Notes: generated by a model not told the origin, from the letters alone. DNA of 64,000 nt from Phoronis australis (GCA_002633005.1 NMRA01000014.1:1920392-1984391), one strand, 5' to 3'. Positions 1 through 13,924 are shown, counted from the first letter of the stretch. Numbers and translations: made by a program.

Positions 1-660
1 AAGGATCAAGGGCCACTGTGCTGCTAAGAAATATCTTTTGTGTTACAAAACGGTGTGTTAAGTCCCAAATTAAGTGTACATTGGGGGCAATTAATTACAC
101 AGTTCCGCCAGACGCAGGGGTCAAGACATCTGTGCTCACAAGTGCAAACTTAGGACTTGTGTATTGTGCTGCTTTAAAGTGAATGGTGAAGAAATTGAGT
201 GCAGTTAATTATGTTGGTGTTAGGGAAAATTAATAACTGTTTTTTGCCCAGGTTGAATTTTGTAAGATACGGCTGAAGTAGATCATCTACAAGTTGCGAT
301 GTTTTCAATAGGTTGAAATGAAAATAAATTTCCATAAAGCATCGGAAATAACTTTGGAGATCTTACTTCAGTTTATGGGTTAGATATGTCAATCTAATTG
401 ATTGGCGAATGTAAATTAATCCTATTGATACTATAAAACTGTTTTGATCCAACTCTTATATAAGTTTTTCGTGTTTTGATTCGGGTAGTTATATTTTCAA
501 GTTTAGTTTATATTATATAAAACTGTTTTCAACACTTCCTTATAAGTTTGGATTGTAATAGTTTTCAATCATTGACCATGGGAGTCTTTGAACTGGCATG
601 TTAATATCTGGGAGTAATATACATATTGGTCCTAGGTTAATATTAACCACGCTCAGTTAG

Positions 661-1219
661 TGTTGAATATATACCTCCTGTGCCGCATCGGGATGAAGTT
701 TTTTCAGAGAGTCTGGTTTGTTGATTATGATTGTGCACTGTGTAGTGACCGTTTTTCTGTTTAGCTTTACAACAAGCACTGGATGATTCCTCTGCTGTGT
801 ATTTTCCATTTATTTGTTTTTACATTGTTTAAAGGCGCAAAACATATCGGACATCTCCGCAGTTTTGAATGTTAACACACCAAAGATTGAATTAGACCAC
901 TCACTTTGATATATAAACTGAATAGACTCCATTTCCTGGCTTCCTGGGATTTTCTGATTTTAGAAGATCCTGAGTTACCTTCTCAATATACATTCAAAGC
1001 AGTTTCCAGAAAAGTTATTGTGATCACGTGCTTCGCTTGTATTGCACGGCGACATCTCACGCTTTCACGACTTTCCAGCGTCTGCGGAATGTAGGACTGG
1101 TTTGGAGGCGTTCTGTTGAACTTACTGCTGGTGTCCCTGTGAGGGTGACCGCGGCATAAAAACACACGTGTGTCTGCCTTTCGGCAGGCTCTCAGCCGAA
1201 TACTAAATGGTGTTCAACA
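661..1219 (-). mobile_element. LTR (probable 3' LTR of a minus-strand LTR retrotransposon relic)
   Basis: TG...CA termini with the inverted repeat TGTTGAA (661-667) / TTCAACA (1213-1219). On the minus strand a purine-rich GGTGAGGTAG (PPT-like) lies immediately before the LTR and an AATAAA lies near 809-814. No TSD, consistent with attached internal sequence. Confidence 0.5.
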
Positions 1220-1469
1220 CTACCTCACCAGTCGCTTGTTTTGTGCGTTTGACTCTTATTTTCGTGTGTTTGTCTCAACCTTTCGAGACGACTTTTGCCA
1301 GTTGACTGTTCAGTAGTGAAGAGTGACTACATGTAGAGTAGGGGTAGGTGTCCACCCTGGTTATGTTCTTGGTTTGTTGGAAGTAATTCAAGGTTAGCTA
1401 TATCATGACTATCATGTGCTCTCGAGTCGGTCGTTATGAAAGCGGGCCACGGTGAAGTTAAGGCTGTTT

Positions 1470-1694
1470 AACCATTTAAACCAACCCCCCTTTAGCAAAG
1501 TGAGCGTAAAAAGGTCCGCCTCAGAGAAACAAAAAGTCCAAGAAAACGAGACCAAAGTCCACAGGAATTCAGCGCGAATGCAAAATTCATAGGACTGAAC
1601 GCAGTACACCGTTTTTTAGTCCCCGTTTTTTAGTAAAAAGTCCACATACTGAAGAATTTGAGCCTTCCTATATTTTAGGCTGGGTGCGCGCATG
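1470..1694 (+). mobile_element. MITE, CATGCGCGCACCCA-terminus family (partial copy)
   Basis: Ends in AGGCTGGGTGCGCGCATG. Interior (AAAAGGTCCG, AAAGTCC, GAGCC) is shared with copies at 16286, 19975, 39084 and 48241. Confidence 0.6.
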
Positions 1695-4600
1695 TAAACC
1701 ATGGTTTAACCCGCCACCGCTGTTGGCGACCTTGCTACATACTTGGGTACGAACGTCGTTGTCAAGCAGACAGAATCTACTCAGTGCCTTGGTCACGATT
1801 AACTTAGTTGAGCGGTAATTAATCTTTTATTATATAGTAACTTAACACAATGTGGTTGTTTTGTTTTGTGGACATACATGTAGGCCTATGATGATCATGT
1901 CGCGAGTAGCCAGTTTACGGAAGTTAGAAATAGGTGGTTTTCTACTAACTATTTTAGTAGTTGTAGATTTGTGCTCTAGTGTTAAGGTCTGTGGTGTCTT
2001 CTCTGCCAAACTGGAGAATCACGTGATTTAAATGCCATCTGTGCGGGACATTGTCTTAAGTTCTTCAAACAACATGGAGGAAGTGACCTCTGTCGGAGGT
2101 TGTCGCATATTACTGTTTGTGGAATGTGTAAGGTTACAATATTGTTTGGAAGAGGTGTATTGTCATCGTGGGATTTACTATTATTTTGTTATTATGCAAG
2201 TGTTAACTTTCAAATAAATATGTTGGTATGTTGATTCTCTACTTATCTATTTATGATTAAATGATTTATTTGTACACATGGGGCCATCAGTACAAAGTGC
2301 AACATATAAACAAGCCGGTGTGCACAGTTGTCAGTTACGCACAAGGTCTTCCTCGTGTTTGCCATACACACGTTTCACAACTGAGGTGTCAGGTTTACTT
2401 GCAAGCTCATCAAATTTAAACAAAGAAGGGCTGTCCACATGCGCGTACTTAAAAACTTAGCTCCAATTCAGAGAAAGCGTTGTAAGCTAGCAAAAAATAC
2501 ATTCATCCTCGATGCAACTCCTCGAGCATAATAACCACGTCTTTATATACAGCCACTTCTCTCGGCCACTTTTGTGGTTTACAAAGCGAAGGCGTGTAAA
2601 ACATGATTGCACAAACAATTTTGGAAGGCAATTTCTAAATAGTTTTTTTGTTCACTGGCAAATGCTACCTTTGACTTTTTATAGGAGTTGAGTTGAGAAT
2701 TCGATTCAATATCGGACTAACACTTTTCTGAAGCACAGGCCTTAAAGGAGAATGCCACCCAAAAACAACCTATCTTGTATCAATTTAGATCGAGTAGTTT
2801 CTATTCGATAACGGCACGTTCGTTTGCGTTACCTGACGGCAGACACAGGTGTTGAATTTATCCAATGACGTAATTGGTTTCACACGCAGTCTCAGTGTTC
2901 AGCACTCACAATCACAGGTAACTGGTGTCTGCTTATCGCTTGAATTCATCGTTTAACACCATTAAATCATCAATTATCGATGTAAAGTCCTTAAAAATAC
3001 ACCGAGTTCTTATGAAATTGTGTTGTTTATTTTGCTGTTACGGATTTAATGGTATTTGGACACACCGTAGCCTACAAACTTCGATTGGCCAATTTACCAA
3101 GGTAGCCAGAGTTTGGGGTCTGTTCGGAGATAAAGTAGAAGTATTTTTCCGTGAAATACAGACAGGAGAACCTAGATCTGTGTTGTTTAGACTTGTGATT
3201 TTTTGAGTTCTAAACACACAAAACGCTTGTTATCCCAGCCAGTGGCTAGGAAACCGATGAGGCCTGTCGCGGCCGGACTGACTCGTTATCCTGGCAAGTG
3301 CCTCGGAACCCGATCAGGCCCGTCGAGCCGCTAGGTCTGGCACGAACATAAAGAACATAAACCAGCTTGAGTTGGAAAAAATACCTCCAGTCACGAAAAG
3401 ACTATTATAGTGAGCCAAAGAAATTATATGCACTTAACTATTTATGTGAATTCATAGCCACGACAGTACTTGTCCGGGGCCGCGAAGTCGGGTTAACCTT
3501 CCACAGACCGTCATGGCCGCGTAAAGGTTGTACAGTAACAATGATCTGAAAAATATATTTTTTTATTTCTAATTAAAGACCCGGTCACTTACCTTTATTG
3601 CCGGCATCAAAAGCCGGTAAAGCAGTGGTTTATTCATTGCTGGCTTCTCAACATTTGCATTAACGAATATTGCAAAAACATTACAAATTGTTACTATCTA
3701 ATGAGACAGACTTTGTTTCAGTTTTATATAAGAATTGCGGTTAGCCGGGATGAGAATAATTCATTTTGAAACAGAACGCAGAATAATAAACGTCTTGCAA
3801 TGGCAACTCGCTCGGCGCTAATCCCGACGTAGTCGAGAGCTCATCCGACGAAGACTTCACAGGTCGGATCGTTAGGTTTTACAGGCGCCGTGAACATACA
3901 CAGGCAACGGAACTTATGGATAGTTCTTTGGTAAGCCGGAATTTGTCAGAGAAGTGACTGTCGACGAAGTGTCGGCCAGAGACACGGACTGTTTTACGGC
4001 CTCATGCTTGATATTATCAGCGTACCTTTCTTCACTACCGCGAGCCACTTCCTAAGCGATCGGGCTCTCGGGCAAACCCCCTCCCGACCTCCCCCCATTC
4101 GGTACTTTGTGCATCTACAATCGTGCTTTACGCAAATGTTTCACAGACAAAATGTTGGACCCCCCCTTGTGATATCCTATATCCGCCACTGAAATTTATA
4201 ATTGATAATGAGAAAGTGTTAAAAATTAACTGAACGCCGCTTTTCACTTCATCCCACAAAGGAATAACTGGCGCCTGGCCGAGTTTTGAATATCACCAAA
4301 GAACGGGATTTAAATGTAGAATTTTAAAAATGCATGTCATAGTGGCCTTTTTGCCTCTGTCAAAGTTACTGATAAGTAGGCGTCAAATGGAGCATTTGAT
4401 CACATGGTTAGTGTGATCTTTATCTAGAGCTTAAAATCAAAATGTAGGGGTACGACTTTCATCGATGAGGACGTCCTGTTAATATTTTCATATTATTATT
4501 TTTGAAAGCGGGACGGCCTCTTGACGTCAGTCCTTCATCTTGCTAATCACAACGAAACTCTGCCCAAAATAAAATAATGTAAAAACCCGCTATGCTGCAA

Positions 4601-6003
4601 GTATTCTCCAAATTTTGACCAATTACATAATAACCACAAACTACCCTCAATTTGTCACATTTCCAAACTTCTTGGTATATATTCCAATCTAGAAATTTAG
4701 ATCTTCCCAAACACCCTAGATCAGTGTCAGCCCCATTTTCTGGTACTTGTTTGTCAGTCGTTAGCGGAACCTTTTTTTTTCTTGTGGAATGCGTTTTAGT
4801 TGTATATTCATTATGTGCCCACAGAAATTTTGCATGTACATCATAATCGTCAACTTTGCTCTGGCGTCTATTTTCTCGAAAACGGGATAATGAGTGAATC
4901 TATGAAAGCCAGAATGTGGCGAGGATGTGACGGCACCATTCGACATACACTGTAATGTATCGTTACACCTCTTGTTGGTCGTTTTAGCTCTGGACATGAA
5001 ATTCGTGGAAAGCCAATAGTGTGGCAAAACGAACACGAATTTTGCCGAAATTTAACGCAGAGGAACAGCACCATTAACTATCCTAGTGCCCCCTGTTGGT
5101 CGTTTTAGTTTTAGACAAGAATTTCCTTGATAAATTATGTGGAAACCTTAGACATTCATGTAGGTATACATGTAGAGTGGGCTCCCGGAATGCGCCGGCA
5201 CCAATCGCTTTTCGGAGCGAGTCGGGTACCCCAGCATGCCCTTGTGCCAATTTTAGTTTCCGATAAGATTGTTCTTGTTTACTGATAACTGTCTTATCGG
5301 TTTTGAAATGTTTTGATGAAATTTGACACAAGGAGTTATGCGTGTCATCAGTTGATTTTCGGTCGAATTCTACTACTGTGACACGTCCCTGGACGCCTTA
5401 ATAATTTTTATCAAGATGTTGTTTGTTGGCTTTAGTTTTTAACAAAGTAGTGTTTGTCCATTGATTATTGTCGAAACTGCCTGACAGGAACTTAGTAGAG
5501 AAGTATGTGCACCAGTTTATTGTTAACCCTGTGTTCAAATTAGTCTACAGTAACATAACATTCTACTACTACTCTCTCCCTCTCCCTACCCACCTGCCCC
5601 GTTCACAAAGTTCGTTCTTGTTATCAAAATTTCTACCCTCTACCTCGACGACATGTATTCAAAATACAAAGCGTTGTAAATTATGGTAAATTTAATTAAA
5701 TGAGAATTTCAGTCGACACAAATCGGTCGAGATAGTAATTGTTGACTGATGCGCTTAGATAACTTTTGCCCGTTGCCAATTTGTTTAAGTTTCAAATAAA
5801 GGTATCCGTGGCCGCCTAGTGATGGATTGATACCGCACATTATTGAACTTTGTTCAGTCAAAGACAATAGGTAAGTACCTCGTCCGTGCACGCAGCCAGT
5901 CTCTCTCTAACTCTTGCAGCTCGGAGTTGGTGCATGTAAGTTACAGTTAGGATTAATTCTGGACAGAATTTAGGTCGTCTCCAAGTGACTAATCCGTCGC
6001 ATC

Positions 6004-6040
6004 ATGAAGAGTTGTCTTGCTAAAATTTTGATCATTCAAG
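6004..6040 (+). CDS. Candidate first coding exon 1a of the ShKT-mucin gene (MKSCLAKILIIQ, phase 1)
   Basis: ATCATG start and AG|GTAATT donor at 6041. Splicing to the TTTCAG acceptor at 9351 gives in-frame MKSCLAKILIIQACMQASG-VYTT, which resembles a signal peptide. Confidence 0.45.
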
Positions 6041-8689
6041 GTAATTGAAATTAGTTAAAACTGTTTCAAATTAATTAAATGTGACCTTTTCGACATTGGC
6101 CAGTGCATTTTGGCAGCATATGTGTGTTAAATAAATGTGCGCAGAACATGTGTAACGAATGAAGATTACCTTGACTCATGTTAAAATTTATTTTATTAAA
6201 TCGACTTTTTGAATTTTATTTTCCCTGACTGACAGGGCAATTTCATAAACTTATGAAGAAACGCGCACCTAATTAAATCCTAGTTTTCATACTTAGCAGT
6301 GTTGAAGTAATTATATGATCTGCCTTTACGGTTGGCAGTGTATTTGCATCTATCCGGGCACATATTGACCGTGACAGAGGGTTCTTTTTACTTGCACTCT
6401 CCCAGCTATTATTTCTTTAAAGGTACATGTATGGTCTCGGACTGTTCTCAGCCTCATAATTCGCGATTTTTCCAACCTCATTCTGAGTCCATGTTTACAA
6501 TTCCTGGAATGGAACCAAAATCGCATTCCGCTGAACACTCACGTGCATGTATCAAAACACTCCGTACTCATATACATTACCGGACAGTCTGCATATATCG
6601 TTTAAAGAATTTGACCCACGAAACAAAAATGCGACGAATGCATTTGTTCATCATCGCCCAAAAATAGGCTCCACCGACCACAGCGCCACATACATGTACG
6701 CACTTATTTCAAAGTTCAAATTGTCTACTTGAGATGTTTGTCGCGGAATAATGTCACTAACAACCTAAAAGAATATGTTGAGAATGCCGTGCTGTAGTGT
6801 CGCACTGGGCTGTAATGGTCCCTCTCGCAGATGTGCAACTTCCGAGGTCGCGCCTAATTTGAGAGTGGACCCATTAAATGATAAAGCGAACGTAAAAAAA
6901 TGCTTTTACATTTAAAGACAACTTTACAATGTTGCTTTGCCTGGTTATCCTACTGAAGTAGTTCTGGGCGTCCGCTGCTGTTCCCGAGATCCTCACTAAT
7001 TCTGCACTCAACAAAAGGGGAAAAACGCGGACTTGATAAACATATACATCTTGTTACTGTTTTCACTCTCATTAGCCAACTGAAGACGAATGACTGACTC
7101 GCTATTGAGCACAATCTGGAGAGCGCTTCGTTGACCTAATTTTTCGCCAGAGAGATCTCACTAGACTTCGGGAAATCACGCGAGTGAAAATGCGAGTTAT
7201 TGTTTCGCAATATGCTCGTGAGCTTACGAGCTTGTCCTATCGAAGTCGGTGGCGGCCATTGAAATATTTGGTCGGCAACGTTGAAGTGTTAAATTATGCT
7301 ACATGTAGGTTACGCCATTAATGAAGTCTCGCGCGAACCACTGATCTTTCATTGGCGTGATTTTACGTGGTCTTGCGTGATTTCTCTTTTTGGAAACTTG
7401 GTCCGCGGAATGCAATTCTGGGAATCTTGTCCAGACTCATGTGTTGGGCAATGACACCAAGTTCTGTGCCTTTTACTTAGCTAAAGTAATTACGTTATTT
7501 CACTGTTGTCATATGCACAGTTCAAGCACGGTTCAAGGGAATGTATTTTAGTAAAAGTGACACTTAAAATCCTTTGCGTTCAACCTTTTGGTTCAGTTTT
7601 CTTTCAGAATATATGGGAAGACTCTTAACCGAAGCAAAATGGATGACGCCATTGCGCAGCATTTACCATGTGCCACTATTGTTATTAAAATCAGAGTTGA
7701 GTTAAAAGCTGCATTGGTCAAAATTAAGAACCACCGTAGAATGATCAATATTGCGCGCAACACGACTCGCAGCAACTATACCAATGCCAATATCAATATA
7801 ATAGAATTCAAAAATCTGTCTTTCTTTTGTGAAATACGCATGAAGGAAAAAGTATGTGGTTTCCACAGAGTTTCTAGTCTCCCTCACACTTATGATAAAT
7901 GCGCGCATGCGCTTACAGTCACTTGCTTGAACTCGCTTCAGGTCAACGGTAACATTTTCCATGTAAGAGAAATGTTATACGTCAAGTCTTGCCATACTAA
8001 ATAAGGAGACGTGCTTTGCCTTGTGGAATAAAATCGACGAACTGGTGAGGATTTGAAAGATTGTTTTTGAAATTTGAAATTAAAAGAAAATGCTTTGATT
8101 GTAACAAAAATTAAACATATGTATGAACAAACCCTAAAAATACCTGGTTAGCAGGATGAATTCTGTTTCAGTAGCAGAGAACCACTTTCAATATTGGAAT
8201 TTAGTCTGTTTATCGCGTTCCGGCCTTCTTTAACACAGTGTGGGTGATGCGACATTGGTTTAGACTGCGAATCTTACTCAAATGGGGCGACTGAAGCTAT
8301 GGATTTTGAAAATGAATAGTCCTGATGTCCACAGGAATTATCCAGAGTAGTTTAGCGGCGCGGGCGACAAAATCTAAGACTTCCCCATTCGCAGGCAGTG
8401 AAGTACGGGGAAATTCTCTAAATTTCCGCCTGGTTGATTTTACAAAACAGTATCCAGATCTTAGTATTTTACGACTTGTCAAACATCCGGAGAGTCACAC
8501 TCCCCCTACTGTCTCCCAACACTTTTCGTCAGTAGGCACCACACAAAGCTACGACAAATCAAGGATGTACGATGGCGTTTAAAATTAAAGTGGTGGTATT
8601 CAGAGCCCTCGTGCAATCTAATTCGCCATTCAAATTTTTGGAAAATGATCTCTCGAAATTCACAAAATCAAATATATTGAGTTAGAAAA

Positions 8690-8715
8690 ATGGCGTTGTT
8701 CGCCTTACTCTTCTT
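8690..8715 (+). CDS. Candidate first coding exon 1b of the ShKT-mucin gene (MALFALLF, phase 2)
   Basis: AAAATGG start and GTAGGT donor at 8716. Splicing to the pyrimidine-rich CTCAG acceptor at 9331 gives in-frame MALFALLFLLGYPISACMQASG-VYTT, a hydrophobic signal peptide. Confidence 0.55.
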
Positions 8716-9331
8716 GTAGGTACTGACTGATAGTGTCTGAAGTGTATGACTTAATTGGAAAAGATTTTATTGACTGATGTGTTGTACAGCTTTGGGAAAT
8801 GGGGTTCTTAGGTATTTCATATGAATGCCTTCATTTTATTAAAAGCTCATAAAATTTTATTTTATAATTTTGCTGTAAATCACAATGTTGCAGCATGAAG
8901 TCATACGTCTAAAATAAAACAGAATTAATGAAATTAAATTAAGTTGGCATGTCAACAAATTTCAGGCCTATGTCTTTTTGTGACGCAGTTAGGAATTGTG
9001 GTAAATTATTAATGTTTTGAAATCGATAAAACCGTAAAATACATTGTATCTTAGTATCCTCTTTTAAAGAATTTAAAGATTTGTTGTTTTCGAACCTACA
9101 AAATGGCCGGCACGTTTAACTATTACTGGATTGACATATTGGGAAGTTAGAAAAAATAATAGTAAAAGTAAAATTAAAAACATACGTGGAGGTTAATTTT
9201 GAAAATATGTCCCTGTTTCAGTGAGATCTCTTGACTGATGTAAAACTCGCTCTGTGTTCTAGTCTGGCAAGAACATCTTTGTCGGAAATTGTACATGTAG
9301 TGCATATGCGCACTGTTTTTCCTTTCCTCAG

Positions 9332-11769
9332 ATTGGGTTATCCTATTTCAGCCTGTATGCAAGCTTCTGGAGTCTACACTACCCGTTTGGGGAACTCGGG
9401 TGTCTCGTACTATTACAACGCACTTGAAGAATGTACAGATAAAATTGACTGCACTAGTTATTTAGATTATTGTCGTGAAAGTCTTTTGAAACAGGTATTT
9501 ATGGAAAATTGTGTCAAAAGTTGCGGATACTGTACGTCGCCAACCACTAAATCATCAACGCCCCCAACCTCTGCGATGCAAACAACAGCAGAGCGTGTGA
9601 AATGTGAGGACAAATCCCCAGACTCTTGCATGGTCAACCTGTGGTTTGATATACACTATTGCCAAAAGCATGAAGCATATATACACTGCTTAAAAACCTG
9701 CCAACTATGTGGCGAAGACGTGCCGACAATTTCGATACCGTTGACAACTGTACCTGATTCAAAATCAAATGGATTTGCGACATCAATTAATGCTCGAGAG
9801 ACAATGGTACCAACAACAATTGGTACTGCTGAAATTCATGTAGAAATGTCAACTCATAGTAATGAGCTGGTGACATTACCCAATGAAAGCAGCACATTGT
9901 ATAAGCCTATTGCTTGTGTGGACTTGTCGGATACCTGCCATGTTTTTGTAGACACTAATGCTTGCAATGATGAAAGTTTTAAGGCTTCAACAATGAAGAT
10001 ATGTGCAAGAAGTTGTGGATTTTGCATACCTGAATCAACGGAAGTTATTGTGTCTACATGGGTCGAATCTTCGCCACTGCACTTCAAGAAAACCAGTTCC
10101 TCACTTGTTAACACGGCAGTCAAAGCTGAAACCACGAACGTACTTACGACAACAACTCGCGAACAAACAACTGGAACCTCATCAGATAATAAACGGAATA
10201 CAGTTAGTGTGTCTACGACTGTCGAGTTGTCGCCACCAGACTTCAAGAAAACCAGTTCTTCACATGTCAAAACGGCAAACCTAGCTGGCAGAACAACTGT
10301 ACCATCGCTTACTACAACAACTACAACTCGCGAACTAACAACTGGAACCACATCAGAAAATAAACAGAGAAAAGCTAGTGTGTCTAGGACTGTCGAATCT
10401 TCGCCACCAGACTCCAAGAAAACCACTTCTTCACATGTTTCCACGACAGGCCAAGATGACAGTGCGATCTTGTCACTGCTTACGACAACAACAACTCGCG
10501 AATTAACAACTGGAACTACATCAGACAATAAACATAGTAAAGTTATTGTGTCTACGACTGTAGAATCTTCGCCACCAGACTTCAAGAGAACCAGTTCTTC
10601 GAATGTTACCACAGCAGTGCCTTGGCTACCGAAGTCAACTAGCGAACTAACAAAAGGAACGACCTCAGACAACAAACTGGGTAAAGTCACCGAAACATTG
10701 CTACTAACTGTTGCTGAGAACATGCAGAGTCCAATGGCTACACACACGACAGTTGGAGATCCGTTTGCATATTCATCAACGGCTACCAGTAAAGAGCGGA
10801 CTGACACCTCACGTGTAAGCCATAAACTATTTTCCAGCATGACCAACACTCCATCGTCTCATCTGACTACTACGCAATATCCGAATACACAAGAAATAAC
10901 TCAGGCATCGGTTAGTGGTAACAAAACACTGTTTACTACAACGCAGTTTAGCAGCTTTGTGCAAACAGATGCTTCAGCTCCACAAATGACGACTGAAGGA
11001 ATGCCCAATGACGTAATTACAACATCTGTTGACGGTTTATCTGATAACTCGTCAGCAACAATCGACTCTTCGGTAAGACATCATTTCACGACAGTAAATA
11101 AACGCCCACGAGCACGAACGACAACTTCTGACGTGCCTGCAGTAACAACCAATGTCACTGCTATGTCTCCTACACACAGAATTACACTGAGTTGGTACCA
11201 ACAACCGCGTCACATCCGAAGCAAATGCGTCAAATGTTCCTCGCAAATCGTCTGCCCCCAACAACAGTCCCAACACTACATCACCGTATTTCATAGCAAA
11301 AACTTCGATACACCAACTTGCTATAACTGAAAATGTTGTTACGTCTGGTCCAGAGCTTGATACTACGTTATTAGCACAGCTATCAACTGCTGCTAAAAAA
11401 GTTCTACCCCACGCACTTTTGGTATCAGCAAAGATTATTCGACTGCAACTGAAGACGTTTGGGAATCGTCTCGAGCGCAGACAACAGAAACCATAGTGGC
11501 GTCTGAGAAACCTGTCTTAACGAGGCCTACGTCAGATACAAAAATTACTCAAGAAATTGACGGATTAGGTGGTTCGGCTGGCTATACAAAATCTTACGCA
11601 GGTGCAACACTTTATCTAAATGCCACCAAGAAATTTGGGTTCCCGATTGAGCAGTCAGCAACAGCAACCAATGATCCGAAGTCATCGTTAACGACAGGTC
11701 TTACTCGGGATGTTCCAGCTCGTGGAACAACTGAAAGTGACCTGTCAAATGTAACGAACAGTGCAGTGG
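9332..11769 (+). CDS. Large exon 2 of the ShKT-domain membrane mucin (3 ShKT domains + Ser/Thr stalk); disrupted at about 11172-11400
   Basis: ORF 9231-11330 encodes three six-Cys ShKT motifs ending CxxS/TCxxC (9432-9533, 9603-9710, 9915-10025), then an S/T-rich stalk. Mucin-like coding continues in the +1 frame (11191-11400) and then in the original frame (11400-11769) up to a G|GTGAGT donor at 11770. Confidence 0.85.
10043..10685 (+). repeat. Four imperfect coding tandem repeats (~50-58 aa) in the mucin stalk
   Basis: Unit V(I/S)VSTTVESSPPDFKKTSSS...TTTTRELTTGTTSDNK occurs four times. Confidence 0.9.
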
Positions 11770-13450
11770 GTGAGTGAAGGGGGTTTTACAGGGAGAGGTG
11801 TTCGTTGACTTTGGATAACGAACTATCGCAGATTGTTTAATAAGAATGTCTCTTCAAAATTAAAAGTTATAATTATGTTAAAAATAAGGATGCACACGCA
11901 ACTCGGCAACTATGCATGAATACATATCCCACGTACCCCACAAACTGCCGCAACTGCACAAAACTGTATTTGTACAGAATTTTGAAACATAAACTGTCAC
12001 AATTTGGAAAACAACCAGTAACAACAACAAAAACAAGGAATTTAAACAGCATCAGTAAATGCAGTGCCTGTCATCTGGGATACCAAATGTCACACGGCCA
12101 TATGACAATGACGTCCATTCAAAGTCACTCTTTATCCATTGTCTTCAACCTAGTGGCTCACACTAGGGGAGATTGGTTTTGTCCGTCCGGTTGCCTCAAA
12201 TGGCCCGGTCGTCGGCCATTTCCAGGGCCGGGGCAGATCCACCCATGATTATGTTACGGCATTGTGTTTCTAAGGTCTGTACAAATTGTCGCAATCTTAA
12301 GAGTTTCGGTAGTTTGCGCAACCCAAACAAACCAAAAATTGTCCTGACAAAAAAATTACGACAGTATGTGTTTGCAGGTTCTGCACGAACTTTAGCAATT
12401 TGAGTATTACGACAGATTGTACAGTTTCGACAGTTTGTTGTCTTACTGAAGAAGACTGAAACACAATGCTGTAGTGGTAAAATAATATTGTAAGTAGGCG
12501 CCCAAAGCCCACCGTATCACCTTGATTACTGAACTAAACTTAAAGGTGCGCAGGAGCTACGTTCAAATGCCAAAACGTGGTTGGCTGCGCCTACGTGCGC
12601 CTACGCCCCACTATAGCACTGCGGAACGACAGCGTACATATGTACGATATAGCCTATAGGCATTCGAAGGAGAAATAAATAATTTCCATTACCACAAAAG
12701 TCTGAGCACTCTGCGCATTACACGCAGATTATTTGCTCCCATAATAAGATGAGCTTGAGCCCCTTTCTTGCATTTGTTCTTCAACACCTGACTTCATCTC
12801 CAATACGCTCATTCAAGTTACAAATTATGAGTGAAATATGGTCGGAAAAGATTTTTTCATATTCAGTTAGGGTGGAATTTGAAACATAAATGGAATTAAA
12901 AGAGGAACTACTCTCCGTACTGTTTACAACAAGGTGGCGCTTCCCTCAGTGAGATGATTTTCTCGCCATTTTGTGGTAACATTCAAACTATTGTTTGTCT
13001 AGTTACAGTACTAAGTAACAGTAGTCACTCTTTGGTTCTTCTTTATGTTCACTTTCTAAGACGACATCTCTGTTTTCAATCTACAGGTAGTTGATGGGAT
13101 CTTGTTAGACCAGCTTTTTGGTCTCCCGTGCATTTTTTTATTTCCTGTGATTACAGACTGCATGCACTGTTTCCATGCACATGGTATCTGTGTGGCGAAT
13201 GTTCCATGCCGTGTGTTGCTTGAAACATTTGTAATGTTTTGTAATGTTCACCCAAGACAGAAGTTTATAGCAGTTTCCGTAAAAGTGGCCCGAGTGCATT
13301 GTTTGTCTAGTGCGTGCCTTGCCTACATTTCTCCCATGAACCAAAAAACCGCTTTCGGAGCACTTGCGGAATTTCTCGTTATATCTTACATTTATAAAAT
13401 AAACATCTGTTCTAGAATAAGGTCGCTATATCATTGTAACCCTCTTTCAG

Positions 13451-13550
13451 TGAGCGTTACCATCTATGTTGGGGTAGGCGTTGGAGTTGTTGGAATCGTA
13501 CTAGTCGTCTTGGCTATAACCTTGCTGACCTCATATTTTAGGCGAACAAG
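13451..13550 (+). CDS. Exon 3 of the ShKT-mucin gene: transmembrane helix
   Basis: TTTCAG acceptor and AG|GTGAGC donor. Phase 1 matches exon 2. Encodes VSVTIYVGVGVGVVGIVLVVLAITLLTSYFRRT, a TM helix plus basic stop-transfer residues. Confidence 0.9.
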
Positions 13551-13924
13551 GTGAGCTACCTGTATATGAAAAGGTTCGTCAGTAGACATTTACTTCGCAA
13601 GTCAATACTAGGGATCAATGAAAGTGTTCTCTTATGGACATAAATGTCACTTTTCGTTTATTGTAAAATGTTGCTCAATAGGATTGGTTATGTTTAGATG
13701 CATGTTGCGTGTTTGCAGGAAGTCCTGTTTTTTCGGGGGAGGAAAACGCAACTTACCCGTAGAAATATTCATACAATTGACAGCCAGTTGACACCTATTC
13801 ACCGTAATTCTGACTTTCGGAATTATTAGCTGTACCTGGTCTATTGAATGGAAATACCAATAAGCTGTTAATTCACAGTTCGACTAATATCAAAACAAAC
13901 GTATACTTCCCTGTTATTTTTCAG

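Noticed and set aside
1691-1696. CATG-ended MITE family as the source of TACATGTA scars
   Set aside because: Its flanks are not consistently TA; the one insertion with a known empty site (48241-48456) has a CA duplication.
9231-9331. N-terminus of the 699-aa ORF as given by the track
   Set aside because: TTG start lying in intron sequence before a strong acceptor; the real start comes from an upstream exon.
9854-10849. 331-aa Val-rich minus-strand ORF
   Set aside because: Antisense shadow of the Thr/Ser codons of the mucin repeats; no independent features.
11328-11395. Selenocysteine or stop read-through at TGA 11328
   Set aside because: The frame has a further TGA and a TAA, and the paralog shows the true coding frame is shifted here.
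13102-13450. First part of the 150-aa ORF
   Set aside because: Intron read-through; only 13451-13550 is bounded by splice sites.
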